56,078 nt of DNA from a virus (Duplodnaviria; Caudoviricetes), in the IMG/VR virus record IMGVR_UViG_3300033407_000018, positions 1 through 56,078 of that record; one strand, written 5' to 3'. Numbering within the stretch: the stretch's first letter is position 1; each line of letters starts with the position of its first letter. Position numbers and translations under genes: made by a program. Under the pieces are notes generated by a model. The model made no database searches. It saw nothing but the letters and a program-made list of their open reading frames with translations, and was not told where the DNA came from. Of the stretch, positions 33,801 to 43,374 are shown in pieces.

Positions 33801-35999
33801 TTCGCCGTAAAACGCTTCGAACTCAATCGTTAGGTTGTTGGACAGCCCGCCCTGTGCAAATTCACCAGCTCTCAGAATCAGCGTGCCGATGCGCAGCGCT
33901 TCGTCCAGCGTGGAGACGCCAGGGAGTTCAACGGATTTCGACACCGTACGCCGTGTTTGATCGCCCAGCTTGCGGCCAAGTTCCTGCTGTGCTTCACGGT
34001 CGGCGACAACAACGGAGACTTTCGAAAACGTATCCTTGTCCACAAAGCCGACGCGGATTTCGTTCGGCACGTCCACGATGGGACGGCGGGACTTGCGCAG
34101 ACTGGACCGTTGACCGCTCCAAATAATGTTTCGTGAACCGTCCGCTGCGTTCGAGGAGAACAGTGGAACGCTATCAAGTGATTCCGCCTTTAGCGACTTG
34201 ATTTTGAACTTGCCGTTTGCATCCACGAATGGCGGCAGGCAGTACATTTGCAGGCAGACCAAGTGCATCCACTCGGTCAGTGACTTCCTGGTGTCGATGA
34301 TGCCGTTGAACGTCCATCGTTTCACCTGTTGAATTGGCGATGTCTCGTCCGACGTGTCGTCGATTAGTGTGTCGTTGTACGCTGCCACGTCCACGATCGA
34401 TTGCAGGTTGATGCGCGCGAAGTCCAGTCCGCCGCCTGCACGCAAAGCCGTCATCAGGTCCAGCAGCACGAATGCACCGTTCGTCGTCGGCTTGCGCGTG
34501 TAGGTGGTTGCGTCCGAGTAGACGCGCACGACTCGGCCAAAAGCGATGTGGAACGCGCCGGAGACCGATCCGCCCTTCAAGTCAACCGACGGGTTTTCCT
34601 TCGTGTTGATCCGGAACGCCACCCATGCCGTTCCCCAGAATCCCAAGTTGAAGGCGTCGAAGTCCGCGGCGTTCGGAAAGAATTCGCTCGTGGGGTTCGG
34701 CTGATCCTGTACGCCGTTGTAGGCTTCGATTCCCCAGTTCGGCCTTGGGTCGTGGCGCGAGACGCCATTCACGTAGATTTGCGGGGTCGATGGCCCGCCG
34801 ACATACGCTCCCTGCGGGCTTGTCTGCGTATCGTCGTCGGCGTTTGTTGCCAGCGGTCCTTCTGCAACGAGCCAGAGGGTATCCAGAAAGTCGCCTTCTG
34901 GGTCCGCGATAACCAGGATGGCTGTATTCAACCGGACCTTCCCGTAGACCAGCGGCAGAACCTGTCCATAGGCGCTCTCATTGCCGCCGAAGTCCAGCCG
35001 CATGGGATTCGCCTTGCCGCCCTTCGTCGTGCGGTAGAAACCCACCTGATAGCCTGTGACATAAGGAAAGCCGCCGAAGTAATTCCGGATTTTCTGTCCG
35101 CCCGCATATATGTCGGCCGTGTTGTTGCCGTACATCCCGCGGGCCTTACAGGCGCTCACGGAGTACTGACAATTGGCAAACAATACCGGGTCGCTTACCG
35201 AGTGCGCCGCAATCGTTGTTCCTCGGACCGCGCGCGTGCACGTGACTTCCTGATCGCCGCTAATGTCCGGCGTGTCCGGCAGATTCGTAACCGCCATCCG
35301 CTCGGAGCCAATCAGTATTTCGTCGCCGCGCTTGACCGCGGCCCCGCCTGCCAAGGGCGTTGCGGCCCATCGCACGGTGAAAGTTGCCGGGTCGGTCGAG
35401 TCGTCAATGTTATTCTGCAACGTCGCCGTAAACCCGACCGTCGATGTTCGTTGATACGGACACTCCGAGCCTTCAAAGTCACGCGCGTTCACCCAATTCG
35501 CCGTGTTGCCGAATGTATGCGTGCAGGGAATGCCGCATGTTCTACGTGGAACCATCACGTTCGGCGCGGCGTTGGACGGGTAAGCGGGGATCGTCGCAGA
35601 CTCCTGTGTCACGTCCGTCAGGTCGTCGCAGTAGCCCGACCAACGAATGGAGTATTCCGGCGGGGAAAGAGACGGAAGGAACTCCAGCAGGTCGACGCGT
35701 GAGCCGGCGAACGATTCCGCGCGGTCAAGGTCCGTCACTTCGCCGTCGACGTTCGCAACCGTGATCGAGATTTGCGCCGCGTCGCTGATGCCGTATTCGA
35801 GTCCGGAGACGCCCATCAACCGCGCTTCGTAAGCCTGCCCGTCGATGACAATGGAGCCGTCGCCGGAGCTTGTCCCGTCGCCGCGTTCGGCCCAGTACAG
35901 CACACCGGATTCGCGCGTGATGCGTACCGCGTAAATCGGCAGTGCGTGCTCGGTGTTGCCGAATTCGGAAACGATGGCGCTATCTAATCCGCGTGGCAT
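30813..35999 (-). CDS. tail tip / central fibre protein with FN3-like domains
   Basis: 1728 aa after the distal tail gene; LPLVYG, APTNL, YYLRTRAIN..G.GDWS, SITTAKL repeats. Confidence 0.85.
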   Translation of the reverse strand: MPRGLDSAIVSEFGNTEHALPIYAVRITRESGVLYWAERGDGTSSGDGSIVIDGQAYEARLMGVSGLEYGISDAAQISITVANVDGEVTDLDRAESFAGSRVDLLEFLPSLSPPEYSIRWSGYCDDLTDVTQESATIPAYPSNAAPNVMVPRRTCGIPCTHTFGNTANWVNARDFEGSECPYQRTSTVGFTATLQNNIDDSTDPATFTVRWAATPLAGGAAVKRGDEILIGSERMAVTNLPDTPDISGDQEVTCTRAVRGTTIAAHSVSDPVLFANCQYSVSACKARGMYGNNTADIYAGGQKIRNYFGGFPYVTGYQVGFYRTTKGGKANPMRLDFGGNESAYGQVLPLVYGKVRLNTAILVIADPEGDFLDTLWLVAEGPLATNADDDTQTSPQGAYVGGPSTPQIYVNGVSRHDPRPNWGIEAYNGVQDQPNPTSEFFPNAADFDAFNLGFWGTAWVAFRINTKENPSVDLKGGSVSGAFHIAFGRVVRVYSDATTYTRKPTTNGAFVLLDLMTALRAGGGLDFARINLQSIVDVAAYNDTLIDDTSDETSPIQQVKRWTFNGIIDTRKSLTEWMHLVCLQMYCLPPFVDANGKFKIKSLKAESLDSVPLFSSNAADGSRNIIWSGQRSSLRKSRRPIVDVPNEIRVGFVDKDTFSKVSVVVADREAQQELGRKLGDQTRRTVSKSVELPGVSTLDEALRIGTLILRAGEFAQGGLSNNLTIEFEAFYGEASDLEQGDIIECEDDSLNPALNEQYFRVIHLRDETQRTSDGGMYFIRTITATLHDNAIYDDGVLTISDFTRIDAPDSLNGPPPPVTAFAIVESGLFDANSKPMTQLVINFTAPSPLANFRSLLIYRSTDDAGSPVGDWRFVGEVVESGSAIQYEVSGKYEHFRAVSRATDGHPGDIDAQDSVGDPKYPTVRILVDGKADDQLAAPTNLAAFGRLDYIRLEWDAYTGNAAQLFKRFDIYRGTTSDPEASVQVAETDTNWYHDSSETVSTNPTTTYFYFIRGVSILEGVEVDGSPVDAISDYSSTASDNAGTDTDVPNAPTASVVFLSPVVALLGSQPPAIPVNWDTVETTQFQVATENTFAAPFFDETVSGAFATQNLTVNPGTYYLRTRAINIFGEGDWSGTETFTTSADTGAVDDDIPPAPINLDLVKADQTTGPKIAGNALQARFDYPVDDDDMASVWGYSVFIHTSATFPTTTTVETGSDGVLAPGSNRLTSPGASWTPSEWVSPDEHDIIIFSPKRTGSPSWDLEGMIYVTRITGNGSDWIDFDFPGRLNPHNWTGLEFYIVERGGNNHVWEKTSAVRLHVVDRNDLRSQRRVDFVLQGIGFRSWVCLHSSLWGAGLLAGPAGPINYSGIISGELGTASVETIKLADANTTAAKLTENARGFNTSVVFSATDQDTVAWASGTIKFADGAEFAISGGNTGEMGAATYIYLDPDTSTTVLQTSTTYSDATGDRKKLMCFARPGFDANQRAMFIPAVGTLGVNSDNLLVNSVTAGSILAGSITTAKLDALAVTAGKISVATLAAIAADLGTITGGTVTGALIRSAASGARTEQDSTNGFRCFDSGGGETMRIPLFGGMYFDGTNFPTGTGVFGTSVSVDFYVGGTEYAAVIEGGFTTVGSGEYKVQTGSPAEFVTAIDSDAKFVGPGGTDSDVDCFTNDRVFKPRFIEQSTVPSLSIGELVAWRYTSGSGGDNLYYLLYRDHTGAEHSWRETLV

Positions 36000-36439
36000 T
36001 AGGCTCGAACTTCAATCAGCATCAGTTCGCCGCGGAACAAGTCAGCCGCAAAGTTTGTCCGCGCCAGGGTGTTATTTTCAAAGCGCACCAGATAGCGCCC
36101 GGTCGTGTCAACGCCGGTTGGGTCGCCCGCTGGGTTCTCCGCTGAGTGGTAGACGTAGAACGGTGTCAGTCCGCCAAGCGTGTCTTGATAGAAGTCCCAA
36201 ATGACGTTGGCCGCTTTAGTTGCGCTCTGGTTTTCATGCTCCGCGAAATTCCACAGAATACGAAAGCGATTGCGGCCCTTATAACTCGTGACGCCGCCCT
36301 TGCCGTCGGCGCGGGTGTACGCGAGATTCTTGTTGGCCCGCTGTTCGAAGCCGTCGCCAAAGTTTGCAATGACCGTTTCGAACGACAGCGATTGCTCAAT
36401 CGGCAACTCCAAGTGGTTCAGATCGAAGACGGCGGGCAT
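35999..36439 (-). CDS. minor/distal tail protein
   Basis: FGDGFEQR motif, position after the TMP. Confidence 0.75.
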   Translation of the reverse strand: MPAVFDLNHLELPIEQSLSFETVIANFGDGFEQRANKNLAYTRADGKGGVTSYKGRNRFRILWNFAEHENQSATKAANVIWDFYQDTLGGLTPFYVYHSAENPAGDPTGVDTTGRYLVRFENNTLARTNFAADLFRGELMLIEVRA

Positions 36440-38722
36440 TTAGATGTCGTCGTCCATGAGCATGCCGCCGGTTTGACGGCGGAATGTATTGTCGTTCATG
36501 GCGTCGGCCATGCCGGTTGTCACGACGTGCTTAGCGGGCATCGTCGTAATCTTGCGGTCGAACTTGTCGACGGCGCGCGCGAAGCGGTCTACAAACTCAT
36601 GCGCCGCGTAGAATTCCATCGTGCGCTCGCTGGTGCGCTCAAACGGGTCGCGTGTAAACTGCGCTTCCTGTGTACGTCCTCGAAGCGCTTTCCAAATAGC
36701 GAGCCCGCCGAGGATTCCACCCGCTGCTACAGCCGTCCACGGATTCGAGAACAGCGCCGCCATGCCGCCCGCCCCACCCGCACCCGCGCCGCCGAACGAC
36801 ACCGCGCCGACTCCCGCGCCCGCCATGCCGATTCCGGTTGCTCCGGAGATCGCAGCGAGTGAACCCACAGCCGGAGCCGCAAGCGCTGTACCGCCCGCCG
36901 CTATTGCCGCACCGCCGCCGAGACCCAGCAAGCCGCCAAGCTTGCCGATACCTGGGAGTCCGCCTGCGAGTCCGAGCAAGCCGCCACTTCCACCTTTGCC
37001 TGTCAGCACCGCCTGAGCGATACCCTGAAACGCCGTTCGGGTGATCGTGTTCAGTAGGCCCTCCGCCATGTTCGCGAGCGACTGAAGCACGTTCTGACCG
37101 CGGATGAACATATCGTCAAACACGCGCCCTGCAGAGTCGCGGATACTGCGGACCATTTCAACCGCTGCCGACTTTTGCTCGGACAATAGCCGTGCATGCG
37201 AGTTCGCCTGTGCGTCTGCCAAGAACTCGATGGCCTGCGCCCGCAAATCGCGCTCGAAGTCCACGGACTCCTGTGCCAGCCGCATGGCCTTCTGAGTTGC
37301 TTCGCGGGTGATGCCTAACGTCGGTGCAGTGAATCCGCGGTTGGGATCGCCCGGCTCTCGCAGATACTCCGGTATGCCAAGCCCCTCGCCGGATCGCATC
37401 AGCTCTTGCTGATCTTCCTGTGCGTCCCGCAACGCTTCGTATGCGGTCTTGACGCCGAACAGGCGCTCGATGAGGGTTTTGGCTTTTGCGGATTGATCTT
37501 CGATAACAGGCGCGACTTCGGAGTTTTTGTTCAGCCACGCGTCGACCGCCGCTGTGTTGCCGATGACCGCGCCGGATTCTTCGAGAAACGACTTCGCCGT
37601 CTCGTCCAGATTCAGCGACGTTTGTTCAAGGCTGAACTGCAACTCCCGTAGCTTGGCGACGTTCGCGTCCATGAAGCCAATGGCCGATGCCGCATCCGCT
37701 GCCGCCCGCACGATCTTGGATAGCACGCTAACGACTGTCGAAGCCGCCGTCGTCATGTGACTGGCGATCTCATTCCGGAATGTCACGACAGCGGCTATCA
37801 CGGCGGCAACAGCTGCAATCATCCCGGTCAATGCGCCCGCAGTCGTACCGGCCGCAACAGCGACTCCGGCAAGTGCGATTTTCGTTGCCGTCAATGCAAG
37901 CACAAGCCCGCCGGTACCGACCAATGCCAGCGAAAGGTTAAACGTGTAGTCAGTGAGTCGCGGAAACTCCTTCGCGAAATCCTTCACAGCGATTCCGGTA
38001 TCGCGGAAGAATTTCGCCGCTTCCGTTAAACGTGGCAACAACTGAATCCCGATGGTTACCGCAAGTCCCGCAACAGCCATCTGCGCCTGATCTACCGTGT
38101 CGTTGAACTCTTCGCCTAACTTCGCGTCCGCGTCGTCCAGCGCCAACCCGAAAGCCGTCATTTGCGCCGTCGCCGCTTTCAGACTCGCGCCTCCTGCGTT
38201 CAACATCGGGATCATCTGGGTTCCACGACGCCCGAAGATGTCGACGGCCATTGCGGTTTTTGCGGCCCCGTCTTCCATGCCGGCAAAGCGGTCAGAGATG
38301 TCCGCAAGCATGTCGTTTGTCGCCCGCAGTGTGCCGTCCGAGTTTTGGAACGACACTCCCAGCCGGTCGAAACTCTCCCGCGCTGAGGCCGTACCCGACG
38401 CTGCGTCGAATGCAAGTCCAGAAATCCGTCTGAGCGCCTGAACGACATCTTCAAGCGACGAATCCGCCTGTTCAGCCGCAAACTTCAGCCCGGCCAATTC
38501 CTTCGTTGCTACGCCCGTGCGTTGCGAGGCTTTCGCAAGTTCGTCGCCGACGTTCGCGGCTTTCTTTGCCATCGCCAACAGCGAGCCGCCAAGCGCCAGG
38601 CCCGCACCGGTGACCGCAGTTGCAGCAATGGCGAAGTCCTTCAGTTCGCCCTTGGTCTTCTTCAGGACGCCCGAAGCGCTATCCTTCGCGCGAATGAGGA
38701 TTTCTACAGCGTTTTTAGACAA
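36440..38722 (-). CDS. tail tape measure protein
   Basis: IRAKDSAS N-terminus, DIFGRRG, Ala/Gly-rich helical. Confidence 0.9.
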   Translation of the reverse strand: MSKNAVEILIRAKDSASGVLKKTKGELKDFAIAATAVTGAGLALGGSLLAMAKKAANVGDELAKASQRTGVATKELAGLKFAAEQADSSLEDVVQALRRISGLAFDAASGTASARESFDRLGVSFQNSDGTLRATNDMLADISDRFAGMEDGAAKTAMAVDIFGRRGTQMIPMLNAGGASLKAATAQMTAFGLALDDADAKLGEEFNDTVDQAQMAVAGLAVTIGIQLLPRLTEAAKFFRDTGIAVKDFAKEFPRLTDYTFNLSLALVGTGGLVLALTATKIALAGVAVAAGTTAGALTGMIAAVAAVIAAVVTFRNEIASHMTTAASTVVSVLSKIVRAAADAASAIGFMDANVAKLRELQFSLEQTSLNLDETAKSFLEESGAVIGNTAAVDAWLNKNSEVAPVIEDQSAKAKTLIERLFGVKTAYEALRDAQEDQQELMRSGEGLGIPEYLREPGDPNRGFTAPTLGITREATQKAMRLAQESVDFERDLRAQAIEFLADAQANSHARLLSEQKSAAVEMVRSIRDSAGRVFDDMFIRGQNVLQSLANMAEGLLNTITRTAFQGIAQAVLTGKGGSGGLLGLAGGLPGIGKLGGLLGLGGGAAIAAGGTALAAPAVGSLAAISGATGIGMAGAGVGAVSFGGAGAGGAGGMAALFSNPWTAVAAGGILGGLAIWKALRGRTQEAQFTRDPFERTSERTMEFYAAHEFVDRFARAVDKFDRKITTMPAKHVVTTGMADAMNDNTFRRQTGGMLMDDDI

Positions 38723-38914
38723 CTCAGTCGTTCAGGATGGAAATGGTTTCAATTAACTCAACCAGCAGTTGCGGTACAGGGTCGCCCTTGTCGCGGCACG
38801 TCCGCTTGGCTTGTTCAATGATGCGTCTCACGTGCTTCGTGCGCTCTTTTGCTTTGTCTTCGCGGGCAATCGTCAACGTGTGATGGGCAAGGGAAAAATA
38901 GTGGGGTCCGAGTT

Positions 38915-39391
38915 CTAAGACTTCGTGAGGGAGTCTTCCGAAGGCTCTGGAGATTTCGTAGACGGCTCGGACCCAATCGCGTTTTTTCGGTAGCTGTCCA
39001 GTTCGGCGCGCGCCGCGTCTTCGATGATGCCGGAGAACGCGAGGACTTCGAGGTACAGCCAGCGCTCGTCGTCGCTGATCCACCGCGCATTGACCGCGCC
39101 TTCCGGTACCTTATCGTCGTCGTCTTCGTAAACGATTTGACAGGACGTAACGCCCTTCTGAAGCACGTACCGCGTCGAGGATGCAGCGATGTTGTCTTTT
39201 TGGCCGGCCAGCCATGCCAGCGCCTGAGTCTCCGTGATGTCCTTGTCCGGCAACGTGCCAATAACCGGCGACAGGTTCGCCTGCATTACTTCGCTCGATG
39301 TCAGCTTGCGGATTTCGTAATCCCGTTCACTGATTGGCGAGACGACCGTCTTCCGGCTCTTCGCCTTGATGTCTTTCAGCCAGGTACTCAA
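38915..39391 (-). CDS. tail assembly chaperone (G); -1 frameshift product GT extends to 38724
   Basis: Between tail tube and TMP; A-AAA-AAC slippery site at 38981-38987 enters the FGRLPHEVLEL frame. Confidence 0.8.
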   Translation of the reverse strand: MSTWLKDIKAKSRKTVVSPISERDYEIRKLTSSEVMQANLSPVIGTLPDKDITETQALAWLAGQKDNIAASSTRYVLQKGVTSCQIVYEDDDDKVPEGAVNARWISDDERWLYLEVLAFSGIIEDAARAELDSYRKNAIGSEPSTKSPEPSEDSLTKS

Positions 39392-39392
39392 A

Positions 39393-40379
39393 TTAAGAAT
39401 CTCCTTCCACGGCGGTCACGGTGTTGATGAGGTAGCCAGTGATGGCGTCCTGCGCAAATCGCTCCGTATCCATTGCCGTGCCTGCCATCTCGACGGTGAT
39501 GGGTCCGGGGCCTGCAACGGTCGGCGTCTTGCCGTCCCAGTTGAATCGCGGCAGCGTCAGGTTCAATGTGTAGTTGAATCCCGGAATGATTTCGGCGCCG
39601 GTCCACGTCAACACCAACTCCATGTCGGTCAGAGCGCGGTATTCGTCGTATCGGGTCACGGCGTCGAAATCGAGGTCCGCCGAAAACGTGATGGCGCGTT
39701 TGCCGGTACGGACAATCTCTTTCGAGTCGATACCCGTGCTCGCCCGGTGCGCCGCGGCGTTATTGAGCATCAGACTCAGACGGTTGACGACCAGCGGCAA
39801 ATCCGCCACGGGCGATGCGCCGTTAACGCGGAGGATTGCCGACAGGTGCGCCCCGAGAATCTGGAGTTCCGCGGGAAAGCTGCTGGCCGTCGGCTCCGTC
39901 GGGGTTTCATCCAACGTTTCATTCCGGCCGAGAAGGCCGAAACGAACCCTCAGGAAGTCTTCCGCTTCCTGAATGAACTCCACTTCATTGACCTTGCAAC
40001 CCTCGTACAGAAACGCCTCGACACTGCGGTTGACTTCCAGCGTCAGGCCCGGCCCGGGCAGGTTTTTTGCGAGCGCATACGTGTGCCGCTTCGCCGCACC
40101 GCTTTCGGTCGTCGTCGTCACATCTCCGAAGGCAAACAGCAGCAGGGTTTCAAGGCCTTCATAATTGGCGTAAACCTCGATCGGCCCACCGGACCGGCGG
40201 TACAGTTCTTTGTGCACGCTCGGATCGACAGCGCCAGCGTTTACCAGATGCCCGCGCGTCGGCTGATACTCGATTCCCTCTGAAATGAAGTCCAAATACT
40301 GCGATGCGACCACAGGAGTTCCGAGCACCGTCTGAACCCCAATGCCGACCCATGAATCGTGACCTTGACCTAAGCTCAT
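39393..40379 (-). CDS. major tail tube protein
   Basis: GHDSWVGIG.QT..GT, LTLEV, YEGCKVN, LTLPR. Confidence 0.8.
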   Translation of the reverse strand: MSLGQGHDSWVGIGVQTVLGTPVVASQYLDFISEGIEYQPTRGHLVNAGAVDPSVHKELYRRSGGPIEVYANYEGLETLLLFAFGDVTTTTESGAAKRHTYALAKNLPGPGLTLEVNRSVEAFLYEGCKVNEVEFIQEAEDFLRVRFGLLGRNETLDETPTEPTASSFPAELQILGAHLSAILRVNGASPVADLPLVVNRLSLMLNNAAAHRASTGIDSKEIVRTGKRAITFSADLDFDAVTRYDEYRALTDMELVLTWTGAEIIPGFNYTLNLTLPRFNWDGKTPTVAGPGPITVEMAGTAMDTERFAQDAITGYLINTVTAVEGDS

Positions 40380-40849
40380 AAGTTCCCCCGTGTGAATTCG
40401 TAAAAGGCGTTGATGGTGACAGCGACCTGCATGAAATCGTTTTCGACGCGCTCGAAATCGCTTACCTGAATCGAATCAATCGCAATGTTGAACGGCTTGC
40501 AGTCCGTGGATGTGCGGTTGGCGATCAGCGTTTTCGACACGCACGCAATGAACTCTTCCGCCGCGTCGTCCAGTTCTTCCCAGTTGCCGCCGTCGACCAG
40601 CAACAACATGAGTTCCATCGTCCACGCGCGCATGTGCTTGTTTCCAAGATTGCCGCCCAGTGTTTCCGGCCGCACCTGCACGTCCAACTTCGGCGTCATC
40701 ACGACGGCAGGCAACTCCGACGCATTGAACTGACGGAGCGTGCGCTTGCGCAACTCGACGGTTTCAATATTCATACTGTAGCCGTTGCCGGTTTTGATTT
40801 CCCGCAACGCCGTCAAGATGTGATCGCGAGTGAGTTGCCGTGGGGTCAT
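40376..40849 (-). CDS. tail terminator
   Basis: LREIKTGNGY, ELPAV; position. Confidence 0.7.
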   Translation of the reverse strand: MTPRQLTRDHILTALREIKTGNGYSMNIETVELRKRTLRQFNASELPAVVMTPKLDVQVRPETLGGNLGNKHMRAWTMELMLLLVDGGNWEELDDAAEEFIACVSKTLIANRTSTDCKPFNIAIDSIQVSDFERVENDFMQVAVTINAFYEFTRGNL

Positions 40850-41289
40850 CAGAAGCCGAGTGTCTGAATCCGGAAGTTGCGCTCGAAGGATTGCGCGTAC
40901 AGCGTCGCGGTGGCCTGCTCGATGGCCTTCCAGGTGCGCGCGAATACCTGCCGCGCGATCAAGGGGCCGCCGCCGCGGCCGTGACTTTTTGTTCCGTGCT
41001 CGTGAAACCGGGCAACGAACGAGCGGTCGCCTTTAACTTTGATGGCCGCGCCCAACATGCCGTCCCGCCTGTTGAAGTACTTCACTTTCACTTGCCTGAA
41101 CAGCCTGCCGCTGCGCTTGCCGAGTTGCCCGACTGGCGCCGTCGCCCCGGAAAACGACAGATTCTTCTTCAGCGGCTTCAGCGCAAATCGCGCCGCTTCC
41201 CGCACCGCCCGGGCGTCTGACTTTTTGATTGCCGTCTGCGCCGCGTCGAGGGCGCGTTCCGCTCCTTTGGTGATTACCGTGATCTCCAT
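40849..41289 (-). CDS. HK97 gp10-like tail completion protein
   Basis: RSGRL, ARFHEHGT, basic. Confidence 0.75.
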   Translation of the reverse strand: MEITVITKGAERALDAAQTAIKKSDARAVREAARFALKPLKKNLSFSGATAPVGQLGKRSGRLFRQVKVKYFNRRDGMLGAAIKVKGDRSFVARFHEHGTKSHGRGGGPLIARQVFARTWKAIEQATATLYAQSFERNFRIQTLGF

Positions 41290-41897
41290 TAGCGCACCAT
41301 CGGACGGTGCGGCCTGGCGGCGGCCAGCATTTGTTTGCAAATCGGCGGTAAGGATGCCGCTGGAATCAGCGACACCGACCCGTCAGAGTAAGTCTTCGTC
41401 ACCACTCCCAACTCACGCAGTCCCCACCGGCGGTAGTAGTCCTCGATGGCGATATAGCAGGCGTCTTCGAACGGACGGTAGCGCTCATCGGCCGTGCTGT
41501 ATCCCACCGACCCTGTAAGCAATACGTTATTAACTCCGAGCGTGAACGTCTTGTCCGTCAACCGGATCAGCCCCGTATCGAGGTCTTTGATGATCCAGTC
41601 GCTGGCAGCCGTTAGAGATTCTTCAACCACATCGGTCGTGTTGTTCCGGATCTCGATCTTGGTAATGGAAATCAACGGCGTGATGCTGCGCGGCAGCCGC
41701 ATTGACGCGCCGCCGTTTCCGCTGAACCGGTAATCCGTGATCGTTCTCTGCTTCACGGGTCCGCGGATTTCCAACTCGATCAGACGCGTAAACGTGTCGA
41801 TCATGCGCTCGATAACCGCGTCGTTGTCCGCCTTGTTTTCCTTTAGCCGCTCCTTGACAAGATCCAACGCGACAATGGCATTTGCACTTACAGACAT
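41289..41897 (-). CDS. head-tail connector (adaptor)
   Basis: LDLVKERL..D..IERMI; position. Confidence 0.75.
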   Translation of the reverse strand: MSVSANAIVALDLVKERLKENKADNDAVIERMIDTFTRLIELEIRGPVKQRTITDYRFSGNGGASMRLPRSITPLISITKIEIRNNTTDVVEESLTAASDWIIKDLDTGLIRLTDKTFTLGVNNVLLTGSVGYSTADERYRPFEDACYIAIEDYYRRWGLRELGVVTKTYSDGSVSLIPAASLPPICKQMLAAARPHRPMVR

Positions 41898-42599
41898 CTA
41901 CGTCAACGCCTCCAGCTTTAGCGGACCGCCGTGAACAAACCGCGAGTCCGCCGGATACATATCTCCGACGACCATATGCCTGTAACCGTCCTCAGCAGAA
42001 TTGCCGGGGTCCTGCTGGTTGTACCACTCGAATTTACGCAGCCGGTCCTCGCGGTGCATGTATCCAAAATGCAGCAGCGGCGCGCTCAAGACCTTGCGTT
42101 TATACCGCGCTCCCAATGGAACATTGCCGCAATGAAAGTTCGCGCCAGGCGACCGGTCCGCGTAGCGGGAGCCGTTCGGGCGGAAAATACTTTCGCGGTG
42201 GAAGTCTCCATACACACCGTCCATTCGCACCGTGTGTTCATCGTTCCACAAGTAGAGCACTCGAAGAGACAGGCAGGACAGATCCGGCCGCCCCATGAAG
42301 CCACGGACTTCCTCTGTAACGTGCGGCGCGAGCATTTCATCGCCGTCGATGAACACGATCCATTCGGGATGTAAAGACGCGGATTGTTCCAGCAGCCAGT
42401 TTTTGTCGCGCCCTTCATTGGCGGTTTCAAACGGTGAATGCAGCACATCCACGTCCGGCAACGCCGCGCAAATGTCAGGCGTGCCGTCTGAGGAATGATC
42501 GTCCATGATTATTACGCGGCCGCACAGCGGAAGAATCGACCGGACACACCGCTCGATCCATCGCGCTTCGTTCTTGATCCGCATCAATCCCAAAATCAT
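41898..42599 (-). CDS. glycosyltransferase family 2
   Basis: IKNEARWIERCV, DDHSSDGT, IDGDE, LLHFGY. Confidence 0.9.
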   Translation of the reverse strand: MILGLMRIKNEARWIERCVRSILPLCGRVIIMDDHSSDGTPDICAALPDVDVLHSPFETANEGRDKNWLLEQSASLHPEWIVFIDGDEMLAPHVTEEVRGFMGRPDLSCLSLRVLYLWNDEHTVRMDGVYGDFHRESIFRPNGSRYADRSPGANFHCGNVPLGARYKRKVLSAPLLHFGYMHREDRLRKFEWYNQQDPGNSAEDGYRHMVVGDMYPADSRFVHGGPLKLEALT

Positions 42600-42600
42600 G

Positions 42601-43374
42601 TCAGTAGTCGAAGTGCCGGATGCCGCCATCTGATCCCGTCACGGCAGCCAGTTGCCTCAATCGCTCACGCAGCCTGTTCCGTTGCGGCCAGTAGTCCGGA
42701 TTATCGTCGCGGTGACTCCATGCCGCATGCCAGCGGAATAACGTGTAGGGCGAGTCGTAAATTCCGCCGCCTTCGGTAATCGTTCGAATTTCCATTCCGG
42801 ATTCGCGCCGCGCCACCGGGAACGACAGCTGATCGCGCTCGCATCCGGCCGCATACAGACGCCACCAGCGCTCATTGAGTTCCGCAGTTTCCGCGGTATG
42901 CCTTCGCACGATCAGCCCGTTCGCCCACAGTCCTGCACCGGACGGGTATCCCTGTTCCTTGTAGCGCCCAACTTCTGCTTCGACGAGTTCCGGCGTGCCG
43001 ATCTTTTCGCGTATCAATATGTCTGCTTCGTCATAGATGCAGGTCCGGCACGGATGCTGGTGTGCCGCCCAGTCATGATGTCCGAGCAATTCATCAACGA
43101 TCAGGTGCGCGCCCTTGCGGAGCTGAAAATTGCCGTCGTGCCAGATCGAAAACTCCGTGTCGTCCGGAAGCATCAGGTGAGGCAAAATCTTTGCCACGCG
43201 GGATGTTCGGCATGGCGCGCCCGCAACGTAGACCGGGCGGTATTCCCACGGATAGACGCGCGGCAGAGTCGGCACGTTCGTAAAACAGATAAACCGCACA
43301 TCGTCATCCGGCTGGACTGCCGGAGGCCTCAGATTGTCGAAGCCGTCCATGATGCTGGTGTAAACGTAGATCAC
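42601..43374 (-). CDS. DUF616-like glycosyltransferase
   Basis: VYTSIMDGFD, FICFT, KILPH, SIWHDGN, HPCRTCIYDE, RDQLSF. Confidence 0.8.
   Translation of the reverse strand: MIYVYTSIMDGFDNLRPPAVQPDDDVRFICFTNVPTLPRVYPWEYRPVYVAGAPCRTSRVAKILPHLMLPDDTEFSIWHDGNFQLRKGAHLIVDELLGHHDWAAHQHPCRTCIYDEADILIREKIGTPELVEAEVGRYKEQGYPSGAGLWANGLIVRRHTAETAELNERWWRLYAAGCERDQLSFPVARRESGMEIRTITEGGGIYDSPYTLFRWHAAWSHRDDNPDYWPQRNRLRERLRQLAAVTGSDGGIRHFDY

Noticed and set aside
24715-35999. Diversity-generating retroelement acting on tail genes
   Set aside because: No reverse transcriptase and no template/variable repeat pair differing at adenines was seen
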